Origin: Mayamaea pseudoterrestris | Lineage: Eukaryota | Assembly: GCA_027923505.1 (NCBI GenBank) | Contig: BROI01000018.1 | Span: forward strand, 682,001 to 724,151 | Length of the DNA stretch: 42,151 bases | Reading direction: 5' to 3' | In this document: positions 20,643 through 35,600 of the stretch, piece by piece | Layout: every line of letters starts with the position of its first letter | Numbering within the stretch: the first letter of the stretch is position 1 | The notes under the pieces: model-generated | The model's input: only the letters and a program-made list of their open reading frames with translations | The model's database searches: none | Told to the model about the DNA's origin: nothing | Program-made: the position numbers and the translations under genes

Positions 20643-23600
20643 GTCTTGTGCCCTCGGATCATGCACAGTGGCTGTACACATAGAGTGTGTGGGCACTTCA
20701 TGTTTGCCACTGCTAGGTTGGTGTTCGGCAGTTGGGTAGTACATACCAGCAACTTCTGCGGATCTGGAAGCAGGCAACATGCAGGAGGCAAATGCACAAA
20801 GTGAATGCACTATACAATATCCATTTGTGACCTTGGATCATGCCCCAAGCCAGTTTACAAAGAGATTGTGGGGATCTGATGTTTGCCACTGCAAGGGTAG
20901 GCAGTCACATAGTACCTGCTAACTGTAGCTGCTGACCTGAAGGCAAAAGGCAAGCAGGAGGCTGATGCGCAGAAGGCTGATGGCGCAAAGACAAATTCAC
21001 TTCATGTTTGCCACTGCTAGGTTGGTGTTCGGCAGTTGGGTAGTACATACCAGCAACTTCTGCGGATCTGGAAGCAGGCAACATGCAGGAGGCAAATGCA
21101 CAAAGTGAATGCACTATACAATATCCATTTGTGACCTTGGATCATGCCCCAAGCCAGTTTACAAAGAGATTGTGGGGATCTGATGTTTGCCACTGCAAGG
21201 GTAGGCAGTCACATAGTACCTGCTAACTGAAGCTGCTGACCTGAAGGCAAAAGGCAAGCAGGAGGCTGATGCGTAAAACAAATTCACCAAGGAGGTATGT
21301 CTTGTGCCCTCGGATCATGCATAGTGGCTGTACGCATAGAGTGTGTGGGCACTTCATGTTTGCCACTGCTAGGTTGGTGTTCGGCAGTTGGGTAGTACAT
21401 ACCAGCAACTTCTGCGGATCTAAAAGCAGGCAACATGCAGGAGGCAAATGCACAAAGTGAATGCACTATACAATATCCATTTGTGACCTTGGATCATGCT
21501 CCAAGCCAGTTTACAAAGAGATTCTGGGGATCTGATGTTTGCCACTGCTAGGGTAGGCAGTCGCATAGTACCTGCTAACTGAAGCTGCTGACCTGAAGGC
21601 AAAAGGCAAGCAGGAGGCTGATGCACAAAACAAATTCACCAAGGAGGTATGTCTTGTGCCCTCGGATCATGCACAGTGGCTGTATGCATAGAGTGTGTGG
21701 GCACTTCATGTTTGCCACTGCTAGGTTGGTGTTCGGCAGTTGGGTAGTACATACCAGCAACTTCTGCGGATCTGGAAGCAGGCAACATGCAGGAGGCAAA
21801 TGCACAAAGTGAATGCACTATACAATATCCATTTGTGACCTTGGATCATGCCCCAAGCCAGTTTACAAAGAGATTGTGGGGATCTGATGTTTGCCACTGC
21901 GAGGGTAGGCAGTCACATGGTACCTGCTAACTGAAGCTGCTGACCTGAAGGCAAAAGGCAAGCAGGAGGCTGATGCGTAAAACAAATTCACCAAGGAGGT
22001 ATGTCTTGTGCCCTCGGATCATGCATAGTGGCTGTACGCATAGAGTGTGTGGGCACTTCATGTTTGCCACTGCTAGGTTGGTGTTCGGCAGTTGGGTAGT
22101 ACATACCAGCAACTTCTGCGGATCTGGAAGCAGGCAACATGCAGGAGGCAAATGCACAAAGTGAATGCACTATACAATATCCATTTGTGACCTTGGATCA
22201 TGCTCCAAGCCAGTTTACAAAGAGATTCTGGGGATCTGATGTTTGCCACTGCTAGGGTAGGCAGTCGCATAGTACCTGCTAACTGAAGCTGCTGACCTGA
22301 AGGCAAAAGGCAAGCAGGAGGCTAATGCACAAAACAAATTCACCAAGGAGGTATGTCTTGTGCCCTCGGATCATGCACAGTGGTTGTACACATAGAGTGT
22401 GTGGGCACTTCATGTTTGCCACTGCTAGGTTGGTGTTTGGCAGTTGGGTAGTACATACCAGCAACTTCTGCGGATCTGGAAGCAGGCAACATGCAGGAGG
22501 CAAATGCACAAAGTGAATGCACTATACAATATCCATTTGTGACCTTGGATCATGCCCCAAGCCAGTTTACAAAGAGATTGTGGGGATCTGATGTTTGCCA
22601 CTGCTAGGGTAGGCAGTCACATAGTACCTGCTAACTGAAGCTGCTGACCTGAAGGCAAAAGGCAAGCAGGAGGCTGATGCGCAAAACAAATTCACCAAGG
22701 AGGTATGTCTTGTGCCCTCGGATCATGCACAGTGGCTGTATGCATAGAGTGTGTGGGCACTTCATGTTTGCCACTGCTAGGTTGGTGTTTGGCAGTTGGG
22801 TAGTACATACTTGCAACTTCTGCGGATCTAAAAGCAGGCAACATGCAGGAGGAAAATGCACAAAGTGAATGCACTATACAATATCCATTTGTGACATTGG
22901 ATCATGTCCCAAGCCAGTTTACAAAGAGATTGTGGGGATCTGATGTTTGCCACTGTTAGGGTAGGCAGTCACATAGTACATGCTCACTGAAGCTACTGAC
23001 CTGAAGGCAAAAGGCAAGCAGGAGGCTGATGCGCAAAACAAATTCACCAAGGAGGTATGTCTTGTGCCCTTGGATCATGCACAGTGGCTGTACGCATAGA
23101 GTGTGTGGGCACTTCATGTTTGCCACTGCTAGGTTGGTGTTCGGCAGTTGGGTAGTACATACCAGCAACTTCTGCGGATCTGGAAGCAGGCAACATGCAG
23201 GAGGCAAATGCACTAAGTGAATGCACTATACAATATCCATTTGTGACCTTGGATCATGCCCCAAGCCAGTTTACAAAGAGATTGTGGGGATCTGATGTTT
23301 GCCACTGCTAGGGTAGGCAGTCACATAGTACCTGCTAGCTGAAGCTGCTGACCTGAAGGCAAAAGGCAAGCAGGAGGCTGATGCGCATAACAAATTCACC
23401 AAGGAGGTATGTCTTGTGCCCTCGGTTCATGCACAGTGGCTGTACGCATAGAGTGTGTGGGCACTTCATGTTTGCCACTGCTAGGTTGGTGTTCGGCAGT
23501 TGGGTAGTACATACCAGCAACTTCTGTGGATCTGGAAGCAGGCAACATGCAGGAGGCAAATGCACAAAGTGAATGCACTATACAATATCCATTTGTGACC

Positions 23601-26600
23601 TTGAATCATGCCCCAAGCCAGTTTACAAAGAGATTGTGGGGATCAGATGTTTGCCACTGCTAGGGTAGGCAGTCACATAGTACCTGCTAACTGAAGCTGC
23701 TGACCTGAAGGCAAAAGGCAAGCAGGAGGCTGATGCGCAAAACAAATTCACCAAGGAGGTATGTCTTGTGCCCTCAGATCATGCACAGTGGCTGTACGCA
23801 TAGAGTGTGTGGGCACCTCATGTTTGCCACTGCTAGGTTGGTGTTCGGCAGTTGGGTAGTACATACCAGCAACTTCTGTGGATCTGGAAGCAGGCAACAT
23901 GCAGGAGGCAAATGCACAAAGTGAATGCACTATACAATATCCATATGTGACCTTGGATCATGCCCCAGGCCAGTTTACAAAGAGATTGTGGGGATCTGAT
24001 GTTTGCCACTGCTAGGGTAGGCAGTCACATAGTACCTGCTAACTGAAGCTGCTGACCTGAAGGCAAAAGGCAAGCAGGAGGCTGATGCGCAAAACAAATT
24101 CACCAAGGAGGTATGTCTTGTGCCCTCGGTTCATGCACAGTGGCTGTACACATAGAGTGTGTGGGCACTTCATGTTTGCCACTGCTAGGTTGGTGTCCGG
24201 CAGTTGGGTAGTACATACCAGCAACTTCTGCGGATCTGGAAGCAGGCAACATGCAGGAGGCAAATGCACAAAGTGAATGCACTATACAATATCCATTTGT
24301 GACCTTGGATCATGCCCCAAGCCAGTTTACAAAGAGATTGTGGGGATCTGATGTTTGCCACTGCTAGGGTAGGCAGTCACATAGTACCTGCTAACTGAAG
24401 CTGCTGACCTGAAGGCAAAAGGCAAGCAGGAGGCTGATGCGCAAAACAAATTCACCAAGGAGGTATGTCTTGTGCCCTCGGATCATGCACAGTGGCTGTA
24501 CGCATAGAGTGTGTGGGCACCTCATGTTTGCCACTGCTAGGTTGGTGTTCGGCAGTTGGGTAGTACATACCAGCAACTTCTGCGGATCTAAAAGCAGGCA
24601 ACATGCAGGAGGCAAATGCACAAAGTGAATGCACTATACAATATCCATTTGTGACCTTGGATCATGCCCCAAGCCAGTTTACAAAGAGATTGTGGGGATC
24701 TGATGTTTGCCACTGCTAGGGTAGGCAGTCACATAGTACCTGCTAACTAAAACTGCTGACCTGAAGGCAAAAGGCAAGCAGGAGGCTGATGCGCAAAACA
24801 AATTCACCAAGGAGGTATGTCTTGTGCCCTCGGATCATGCACAGTGGCTTGTACCCTCGGGAACAGCAGGAGGCAAATGCACAAATCAATGCACTTACAA
24901 TATCATTTGTGACCTGACTTTGTTAGACCTGCTAACTAAAACTGCTGACCTGAAGGCAAAAGGCAAGCAGGAGCTGATGCATAAAACAAATTCACCAGGA
25001 GGTGTGTCTTGTGCCTCGGATCATGCACAGTGGCTGTACGCATAGAGTTGCGGGCACTTCATGTTTTACCACTGCTCGGTTGGTGTTCGGCAGTTGGGTA
25101 GTACATACCAGCAACTTCTGCGGATCTGGAAGCAGGAAACATGCAGGAGGCAAATGCACAAAGTCAATGCACTATACAATATCCATTTGTGACCTTGGAT
25201 CATGCCCCAAGCCAGATCACAAAGAGATTGTGGGGATCTGATGTTTGCCACTGCTAGGGTAGGCAGTCACATAGTACCTGCTAACTAAAACTGCTGACCT
25301 GAAGGCAAAAGGCAAGCAGGAGGCTGATGCGCAAAACAAATTCACCAAGGAGGTATGTCTTGTGCCCTTGGATCATGCACAGTGGCTGTACACATAGAGT
25401 GTGTGGGCACTTCATGTTTGCCACTGCTAGGTTGGTGTTCGGCAGTTGGGTAGTACATACCAGCAACTTCTGCGGATCTGGAAGCAGGCAACATGCAGGA
25501 GGCAAATGCACGAATGAATGCACTCTCCAGGATATCCATTTGTGACCTTGGATCATGCCCCAAGCCAGTTGACAAAGAGGTTGTGGGGATCTGATGTTTG
25601 CCGCTGCTAGGATAGGCAGTCACATAGTACCTGCTAACTAAAGCTGCTGACCTGAAGGCAAAAGGCAAGCAGGAGGCTGATGCGCAAAACAAGTTCACCA
25701 AGGAGGTATGTCTTGTGCCCTCGGATCATGCACAGTGGTTGTACGCATAGAGTGTGTGGGCACTTCATGTTTGCCACTGCTAGGTTGGTGTTCGGCAGTT
25801 GGGTAGTACCTACCAGCAACTTCTGCGGATCTGGAAGCAGCAACACGCAGGAGCAAATCACAAATCAATGCACTATACAATATCCATTTGCGACCTTGGA
25901 TCATGCCCCAACCTTTTGGATCTGATGTTTGCCACTGCTAGGGTAGGCAGTCACACTAGTACCTGCTAACTGGAAACTGCTGACCTGAAGGCAAAGGCAA
26001 ACAGGAGGCTGATGCGCAAAACAAATTTACCAAGGAGGTATGTCTTTTGTGCCCTCGGATCATGCACGTGGCTGTACATAGTTTGGGCACTTCATGTTTC
26101 ACCACTGCTAGGTTGGTGTTCGGCAGTTGGGTAGTACAACCACAACTTCTGCGGATTGAAACAGGCAACATGCGGAGAGCAAATGCACAAAGTGAATACA
26201 CTAACATTCTTTGTGACCTTGGATCATACCCACCTTTACAAAGAGATTGTGGGGTCTGATGTTTGCCACTGCTGGGGTAGGCTCACATGTACCTCCTAAC
26301 TGACTGCTGACTGAAGGCAAAGCAAGCAGGAGGCTGATGCGCAAAACAAATTCACCAAGGAGGTATGTCTTGTGCCCTTGGATCATGCACAGTGGCTGTA
26401 CACATAGAGTGTGGTGGGCACTTCATGTTTTACCACTGCTAGGTTGGTGTTCGCTTGGGTTTACTCACAACTTCTGCGGATCTGGAAGCAAGCAACATGC
26501 AGGAGGCAAATGCACAAAGTGAATGCACTATACAATATCCATTTGTGACCTTGGATATGCCCCAAACGGGTTACAAGAGATTGTGGGGATCTGATGTTTG

Positions 26601-26689
26601 CCACTACTAGGGTAGGCAGCCACATAGTACCTGCTAACTGAAGCTGCCGACCTGAAGGCAAAAACAAGCAGGAGGCTGATGTGCAAACA
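20643..26689. repeat. Satellite A: 352-bp unit (179+173 bp dimer), ~18 copies
   Basis: Exact 352-bp period from ~21300 to ~24830 (ORF starts 21269, 21621, 21973, 22325...). Copy 2 has a deletion near 20970-21000, the copy near 24850 is truncated, and copies after that are indel-rich. Confidence 0.97.
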
Positions 26690-29600
26690 GGCCACCCAAA
26701 TCCAATGAGTCGGGCCAAACATGTCCAGGGTATGCCATTGACAGGTGCATAGTCTCAAATGGTGCCAAAAGGACTGCCTGGAGGCTGACACCATGGGTAC
26801 GGCCTCCACGGTGGGTATGGCCAACACCACAAGTTTGACCTGTCAAACCTGCCCCATGCCATGGCCACCCAAATACCCAATGAGTCAGGCCAAACATGTC
26901 CAGGGTATGCCATTGACAGGTGCAGAGTCTCAAATGGTGCAAAAGGACTGCCTGGAGGCTGACACCATGGGTACGGCCTCCACGGTGGGTATGGCCAACA
27001 CCACAAGTTGTCGATTCTGACCTGTCAAACGCCCCATGCCCTGGCCACCCAAATACCCAATGAGTCAGGCCAAACATGTCCAGGGTATGCCATTGACAGG
27101 TGCATAGTCTCAAATGGTGCAAAAAGGACTGCCTGGAGGCTGACACCATGGGTACGGCCTCCACGGTGGGTATGGCCAACACCACAAGTTGTCGATTCTG
27201 ACCTGTCAAACGCCCCATGCCCTGGCCACCCAAATACCCAATGAGTCAGGCAAAACATGTCCAGGGTATGCCATTGACAGGTGCAGAGTCTCAAATGGTG
27301 CAAAAGGACTGCCTGGAGGCTGACACCATGGGTACGGCCTCCACGGTGGGTATGGCCAACACCACAAGTTGTCGATTCTGCCCTGTCAAACGCCCCATGC
27401 CCTGGCCACCCAAATACCCAATGAGTCAGGCAAACATGTCCAGGGTATGCCATTGACAGGTGCAGAGTCTCAAATGGTGCAAAAAGGACTGCCTGGAGGC
27501 TGACACCATGGGTACGGCCTCCACGGTGGGTATGGCCAACACCACAAGTTGTCAATTCTGACCTGTCAAACGCCCCATGCCCTGGCCACCCAAATACCCA
27601 ATGAGTCAGGCAAAACATGTCCAGGGTATGCCATTGACAGGTGCAGAGTCTCAAATGGTGCAAAAAGGACTGCCTGGAGGCTGACACCATGGGTACGGCC
27701 TCCACGGTGGGTATGGCCAACACCACAAGTTGTCGATTCTGACCTGTCAAACGCCCCATGCCCTGGCCACCCAAATACCCAATGAGTCAGGCCAAACATG
27801 TCCAGGGTATGCCATTGACAGGTGCAGAGTCTCAAATGGTGCAAAAAGGACTGCCTGGAGGCTGACACCATGGGTACGGCCTCCACGGTGGGTATGGCCA
27901 ACACCACAAGTTGTCGATTCTGACCTGTCAAACGCCCCATGCCCTGGCCACCCAAATACCCAATGAGTCAGGCAAAACATGTCCAGGGTATGCCATTGAC
28001 AGGTGCAGAGTCTCAAATGGTGCAAAAAGGACTGCCTGGAGGCTGACACCATGGGTACGGCCTCCACGGTGGGTATGGCCAACACCACAAGTTGCAGATT
28101 CTGACCTGTCAAACGCCCCATGCCCTGGCCACCCAAATACCCAATGAGTCAGGCAAAACATGTCCAGGGTATGCCATTGACAGGTGCAGAGTCTCAAATG
28201 GTGCAAAAAGGACTGCCTGGAGGCTGACACCATGGGTACGGCCTCCACGGTGGGTATGGCCAACACCACAAGTTGCAGATTCTGACCTGTCAAACGCCCC
28301 ATGCCCTGGCCACCCAAATACCCAATGAGTCAGGCAAAACATGTCCAGGGTATGCCATTGACAGGTGCAGAGTCTCAAATGGTGCAAAAGGACTGCCTGG
28401 AGGCTGACACCATGGGTACGGCCTCCACGGTGGGTATGGCCAACACCACAAGTTGTAGATTCTTCCCTGTCAAACGCCCCATGCCCTGGCCACCCAAATA
28501 CCCAATGAGTCAGGCAAAACATGTCCAGGGTATGCCATTGACAGGTGCAGAGTCTCAAATGGTGCAAAAAGGACTGCCTGGAGGCTGACACCATGGGTAC
28601 GGCCTCCACTGTGGGTATGGCCAACACCACAAGTTGCAGATTCTTCCCTGTCAAACGCCCCATGCCCTGGCCACCCAAATACCCAATGAGTCAGGCAAAA
28701 CATGTCCAGGGTATGCCATTGACAGGTGCAGAGTCTCAAATGGTGCAAAAAGGACTGCCTGGAGGCTGACACCATGGGTACGGCCTCCACGGTGGGTATG
28801 GCCAACACCACAAGTTGTCGATTCTGACCTGTCAAACGCCCCATGCCCTGGCCACCCAAATACCCAATGAGTCAGGCAAAACATGTCCAGGGTATGCCAT
28901 TGACAGGTGCAGAGTCTCAAATGGTGCAAAAAGGACTGCCTGGAGGCTGACACCATGGGTACGGCCTCCACGGTGGGTATGGCCAACACCACAAGTTGCA
29001 GATTCTGACCTGTCAAACGCCCCATGCCCTGGCCACCCAAATACCCAATGAGTCAGGCAAAACATGTCCAGGGTATGCCATTGACAGGTGCAGAGTCTCA
29101 AATGGTGCAAAAAGGACTGCCTGGAGGCTGACACCATGGGTACGGCCTCCACTGTGGGTATGGCCAACACCACAAGTTGCAGATTCTTCCCTGTCAAACG
29201 CCCCATGCCCTGGCCACCCAAATACCCAATGAGTCAGGCAAAACATGTCCAGGGTATGCCATTGACAGGTGCAGAGTCTCAAATGGTGCAAAAAGGACTG
29301 CCTGGAGGCTGACACCATGGGTACGGCCTCCACTGTGGGTATGGCCAACACCACAAGTTGCAGATTCTTCCCTGTCAAACGCCCCATGCCCTGGCCACCC
29401 AAATACCCAATGAGTCAGGCAAAACATGTCCAGGGTATGCCATTGACAGGTGCAGAGTCTCAAATGGTGCAAAAAGGACTGCCTGGAGGCTGACACCATG
29501 GGTACGGCCTCCACTGTGGGTATGGCCAACACCACAAGTTGCCGATTCTTACCTGTCAAACGCCCCATGCCCTGGCCACCCAAATACCCAATGAGTCAGG

Positions 29601-32600
29601 CAAAACATGTCCAGGGTATGCCATTGACAGGTGCAGAGTCTCAAATGGTGCAAAAAGGACTGCCTGGAGGCTGACACCATGGGTACGGCGGCCACCCAAA
29701 TACCCAATGAGTCAGGCAAAACATGTCCAGGGTATGCCATTGACAGGTGCAGAGTCTCAAATGGTGCAAAAAGGACTGCCTGGAGGCTGACACCATGGGT
29801 ACGGCCTCCACTGTGGGTATGGCCAACACCACAAGTTGCCGATTCTTCCCTGTCAAACGCCCCATGCCCTGGCCACCCAAATACCCAATGAGTCAGGCAA
29901 AACATGTCCAGGGTATGCCATTGACAGGTGCAGAGTCTCAAATGGTGCAAAAGGACTGCCTGGAGGCTGACACCATGGGTACGGCCTCCACGGTGGGTAT
30001 GGCCAACACCACAAGTTGCAGATTCTTCCCTGTCAAACGCCCCATGCCCTGGCCACCCAAATACCCAATGAGTCAGGCAAAACATGTCCAGGGTATGCCA
30101 TTGACAGGTGCAGAGTCTCAAATGGTGCAAAAAGGACTGCCTGGAGGCTGACACCATGGGTACGGCCTCCACTGTGGGTATGGCCAACACCACAAGTTGC
30201 AGATTCTTCCCTGTCAAACGCCCCATGCCCTGGCCACCCAAATACCCAATGAGTCAGGCAAAACATGTCCAGGGTATGCCATTGACAGGTGCAGAGTCTC
30301 AAATGGTGCAAAAAGGACTGCCTGGAGGCTGACACCATGGGTACGGCCTCCACTGTGGGTATGGCCAACACCACAAGTTGCAGATTCTTCCCTGTCAAAC
30401 GCCCCATGCCCTGGCCACCCAAATACCCAATGAGTCAGGCAAAACATGTCCAGGGTATGCCATTGACAGGTGCAGAGTCTCAAATGGTGCAAAAAGGACT
30501 GCCTGGAGGCTGACAACATGGGTACGGCCTCCACTGTGGGTATGGCCAACACCACAAGTTGCAGATTCTTCCCTGTCAAACGCCCCATGCCCTGGCCACC
30601 CAAATACCCAATGAGTCAGGCAAAACATGTCCAGGGTATGCCATTGACAGGTGCAGAGTCTCAAATGGTGCAAAAAGGACTGCCTGGAGGCTGACACCAT
30701 GGGTACGGCTGCCACTGTGGGTATGGCCAACACCACAAGTTGCAGATTCTTCCCTGTCAAACGCCCCATGCCCTGGCCACCCAAATACCCAATGAGTCAG
30801 GCAAAACATGTCCAGGGTATGCCATTGACAGGTGCAGAGTCTCAAATGGTGCAAAAAGGACTGCCTGGAGGCTGACACCATGGGTACGGCCTCCACTGTG
30901 GGTATGGCCAACACCACAAGTTGCAGATTCTTCCCTGTCAAACGCCCCATGCCCTGGCCACCCAAATACCCAATGAGTCAGGCAAAACATGTCCAGGGTA
31001 TGCCATTGACAGGTGCAGAGTCTCAAATGGTGCAAAAAGGACTGCCTGGAGGCTGACAACATGGGTACGGCCTCCACTGTGGGTATGGCCAACACCACAA
31101 GTTGCAGATTCTTCCCTGTCAAACGCCCCATGCCCTGGCCACCCAAATACCCAATGAGTCAGGCAAAACATGTCCAGGGTATGCCATTGACAGGTGCAGA
31201 GTCTCAAATGGTGCAAAAAGGACTGCCTGGAGGCTGACACCATGGGTACGGCCTCCACTGTGGGTATGGCCAACACCACAAGTTGCAGATTCTTCCCTGT
31301 CAAACGCCCCATGCCCTGGCCACCCAAATACCCAATGAGTCAGGCAAAACATGTCCAGGGTATGCCATTGACAGGTGCAGAGTCTCAAATGGTGCAAAAA
31401 GGACTGCCTGGAGGCTGACACCATGGGTACGGCCTCCACTGTGGGTATGGCCAACACCACAAGTTGCAGATTCTTCCTGTCAAACGCCCCATGCCCTGGC
31501 CACCCAAATACCCAATGAGTCAGGCAAAACATGTCCAGGGTATGCCATTGACAGGTGCATAGTCTCAAATGGTGCAAAAAGGACTGCCTGGAGGCTGACA
31601 CCATGGGTACGGCCTCCACTGTGGGTATGGCCAACACCACAAGTTGCAGATTCTTCCCTGTCAAACGCCCCATGCCCTGGCCACCCAAATACCCAATGAG
31701 TCAGGCAAAACATGTCCAGGGTATGCCATTGACAGGTGCAGAGTCTCAAATGGTGCAAAAAGGACTGCCTGGAGGCTGACAACATGGGTACGGCCTCCAC
31801 TGTGGGTATGGCCAACACCACAAGTTGCAGATTCTTCCCTGTCAAACGCCCCATGCCCTGGCCACCCAAATACCCAATGAGTCAGGCAAAACATGTCCAG
31901 GGTATGCCATTGACAGGTGCAGAGTCTCAAATGGTGCAAAAAGGACTGCCTGGAGGCTGACACCATGGGTACGGCCTCCACTGTGGGTATGGCCAACACC
32001 ACAAGTTGCAGATTCTTCCCTGTCAAACGCCCCATGCCCTGGCCACCCAAATACCCAATGAGTCAGGCAAAACATGTCCAGGGTATGCCATTGACAGGTG
32101 CATAGTCTCAAATGGTGCAAAAAGGACTGCCTGGAGGCTGACACCATGGGTACGGCCTCCACTGTGGGTATGGCCAACACCACAAGTTGCAGATTCTTGC
32201 CTGTCAAACGCCCCATGCCCTGGCCACCCAAATACCCAATGAGTCAGGCAAAACATGTCCAGGGTATGCCATTGACAGGTGCAGAGTCTCAAATGGTGCA
32301 AAAAGGACTGCCTGGAGGCTGACAACATGGGTACCGCCTCCACTGTGGGTATGGCCAACACCACAAGTTGCGTCAAACGCCCCATGCCCTGGCCACCCAA
32401 ATACCCAATGAGTCAGGCAAAACATGTCCAGGGTATGCCATTGACAGGTGCAGAGTCTCAAATGGTGCAAAAAGGACTGCCTGGAGGCTGACAACATGGG
32501 TACGGCCTCCACTGTGGGTATGGCCAACACCACAAGTTGCAGATTCTTCCCTGTCAAACGCCCCATGCCCTGGCCACCCAAATACCCAATGAGTCAGGCA

Positions 32601-35600
32601 AAACATGTCCATGGTATGCCATTGACAGGTGCAGAGTCTCAAATGGTGCAACAAGGACTGCCCGGAGGCTGACACCATGGGTACGGCCTCCACTGTGGGT
32701 ATGGCCAACACCACAAGTTGCAGATTCTTCCCTGTCAAACGCCCCATGCCCTGGCCACCCAAATACCCAATGAGTCAGGCAAAACATGTCCAGGGTATGC
32801 CATTGACAGGTGCATAGTCTCAAATGGTGCAAAAAGGACTGCCTGGAGGCTGACACCATGGGTACGGCCTCCACTGTGGGTATGGCCAACACCACAAGTT
32901 GCAGATTCTTCCCTGTCAAACGCCCCATGCCCTGGCCACCCAAATACCCAATGAGTCAGGCAAAACATGTCCAGGGGATGCCATTGACAGGTGCAGAGTC
33001 TCAAATGGTGCAAAAAGGACTGCCTGGAGGCTGACAACATGGGTACGGCCTCCACTGTGGGTATGGCCAACACCACAAGTTGCAGATTCTTCCCTGTCAA
33101 ACGCCCCATGCCCTGGCCACCCAAATACCCAATGAGTCAGGCAAAACATGTCCAGGGTATGCCATTGACAGGTGCAGAGTCTCAAATTGTGCAAAAAGGA
33201 CTGCCTGGATGGCCTCCACTGTGGGTATGGCCAACACCACAAGTTGCAGATTCTTCCCTGTCAAACGCCCCATGCCCTGGCCACCCAAATACCCAATGAG
33301 TCAGGCAAAACATGTCCAGGGTATGCCATTGACAGGTGCAGAGTCTCAAATGGTGCAAAAAGGACTGCCTGGAGGCTGACACCATGGGTACGGCCTCCGC
33401 TGTGGGTATGGCCAACACCACAAGTTGCAGATTCTTCCCGTCAAACGCCCCATGCCCTGGCCACCCAAATACCCAATGAGTCAGGCAAAACATGTCCAGG
33501 GTATGCCATTGACAGGTGCATAGTCTCAAATGGTGCAAAAAGGACTGCCTGGAGGCTGACAACATGGGTACGGCCTCCACTGTGGGTATGGCCAACACCA
33601 CAAGTTGCAGATTCTTCCCTGTCAAACGCCCCATGCCCTGGCCACCCAAATACCCAATGAGTCAGGCAAAACATGTCCAGGGTATGCCATTGACAGGTGC
33701 AGAGTCTCAAATGGTGCAAAAAGGACTGCCTGGATGGGTACGGCCTCCACTGTGGGTATGGCCAACACCACAAGTTGCAGATTCTTCCCTGTCAAACGCC
33801 CCATGCCCTGGCCACCCAAATACCCAATGAGTCAGGCAAAACATGTCCAGGGTATGCCATTGACAGGTGCATAGTCTCAAATGGTGCAAAAAGGACTGCC
33901 TGGAGGCTGACACCATGGGTACGGCCTCCACTGTGGGTATGGCCAACACCACAAGTTGCAGATTCTTCCCTGTCAAACGCCCCATGCCCTGGCCACCCAA
34001 ATACCCAATGAGTCAGGCAAAACATGTCCAGGGTATGCCATTGACAGGTGCAGAGTCTCAAATGGTGCAAAAAGGACTGCCTGGAGGCTGACAACCATGG
34101 GTACGGCCTCCACTGTGGGTATGGCCAACACCACAAGTTGCAGATTCTTCCTGTCAAACGCCCCATGCCCTGGCCACCCAAATACCCAATGAGTCAGGCA
34201 AAACATGTCCAGGGTATGCCATTGACAGGTGCATAGTCTCAAATGGTGCAAAAAGGACTGCCTGGAGGCTGACAACCATGGGTACGGCCTCCACTGTGGG
34301 TATGGCCAACACCACAAGTTGCAGATTCTTCCCTGTCAAACGCCCCATGCCCTGGCCACCCAAATACCCAATGAGTCAGGCAAAACATGTCCAGGGTATG
34401 CCATTGACAGGTGCAGAGTCTCAAATGGTGCAAAAGGACTGCCTGGAGGCTGAAAACATGGGTACGGCCTCCACTGTGGGTATGGCCAACACCACAAGTT
34501 GCAGATTCTTCCCTGTCAAACGCCCCATGCCCTGGCCACCCAAATACCCAATGAGTCAGGCAAAACATGTCCAGGGTATGCCATTGACAGGTGCATAGTC
34601 TCAAATGGTGCAAAAAGGACTGCCTGGAGGCTGACACCATGGGTACGGCCTCCACTGTGGGTATGGCCAACACCACAAGTTGCAGATTCTTCCCTGTCAA
34701 ACGCCCCATGCCCTGGCCACCCAAATACCCAATGAGTCAGGCAAAACATGTCCAGGGTATGCCATTGACAGGTGCATAGTCTCAAATGGTGCAAAAAGGA
34801 CTGCCTGGAGGCTGACAACATGGGTACGGCCTCCACTGTGGGTATGGCCAACACCACAAGTTGCAGATTCTTCCTGTCAAACGCCCCATGCCCTGGCCAC
34901 CCAAATACCCAATGAGTCAGGCAAAACATGTCCAGGGTATGCCATTGACAGGTGCATAGTCTCAAATGGTGCAAAAAGGACTGCCTGGAGGCTGACACCA
35001 TGGGTACGGCCTCCACTGTGGGTATGGCCAACACCACAAGTTGCAGATTCTTCCCTGTCAAACGCCCCATGCCCTGGCCACCCAAATACCCAATGAGTCA
35101 GGCAAAACATGTCCAGGGTATGCCATTGACAGGTGCAGAGTCTCAAATGGTGCAAAAAAGAACTGCCTGGAGGCTGACACCATGGGTACGGCCTCCACTG
35201 TGGGTATGGCCAACACCACAAGTTGCAGATTCTTCCCTGACAAACGCCCCATGCCCTGGCCACCCAAATACCCAATGAGTCAGGCAAAACATGTCCAGGG
35301 TATGCCATTGACAGGTGCATAGTCTCAAATGGTGCAAAAAGGACTGCCTGGAGGCTGACAACATGGGTACGGCCTCCACTGTGGGTATGGCCAACACCAC
35401 AAGTTGCAGATTCTTCCCTGTCAAACGCCCCATGCCCTGGCCACCCAAATACCCAATGAGTCAGGCAAAACATGTCCAGGGTATGCCATTGACAGGTGCA
35501 TAGTCTCAAATGGTGCAAAAAGGACTGCCTGGAGGCTGACACCACATGGGTACGGCCTCCACTGTGGGTTTGGGCCAACACCACAAGTTGCAGATTCTTC

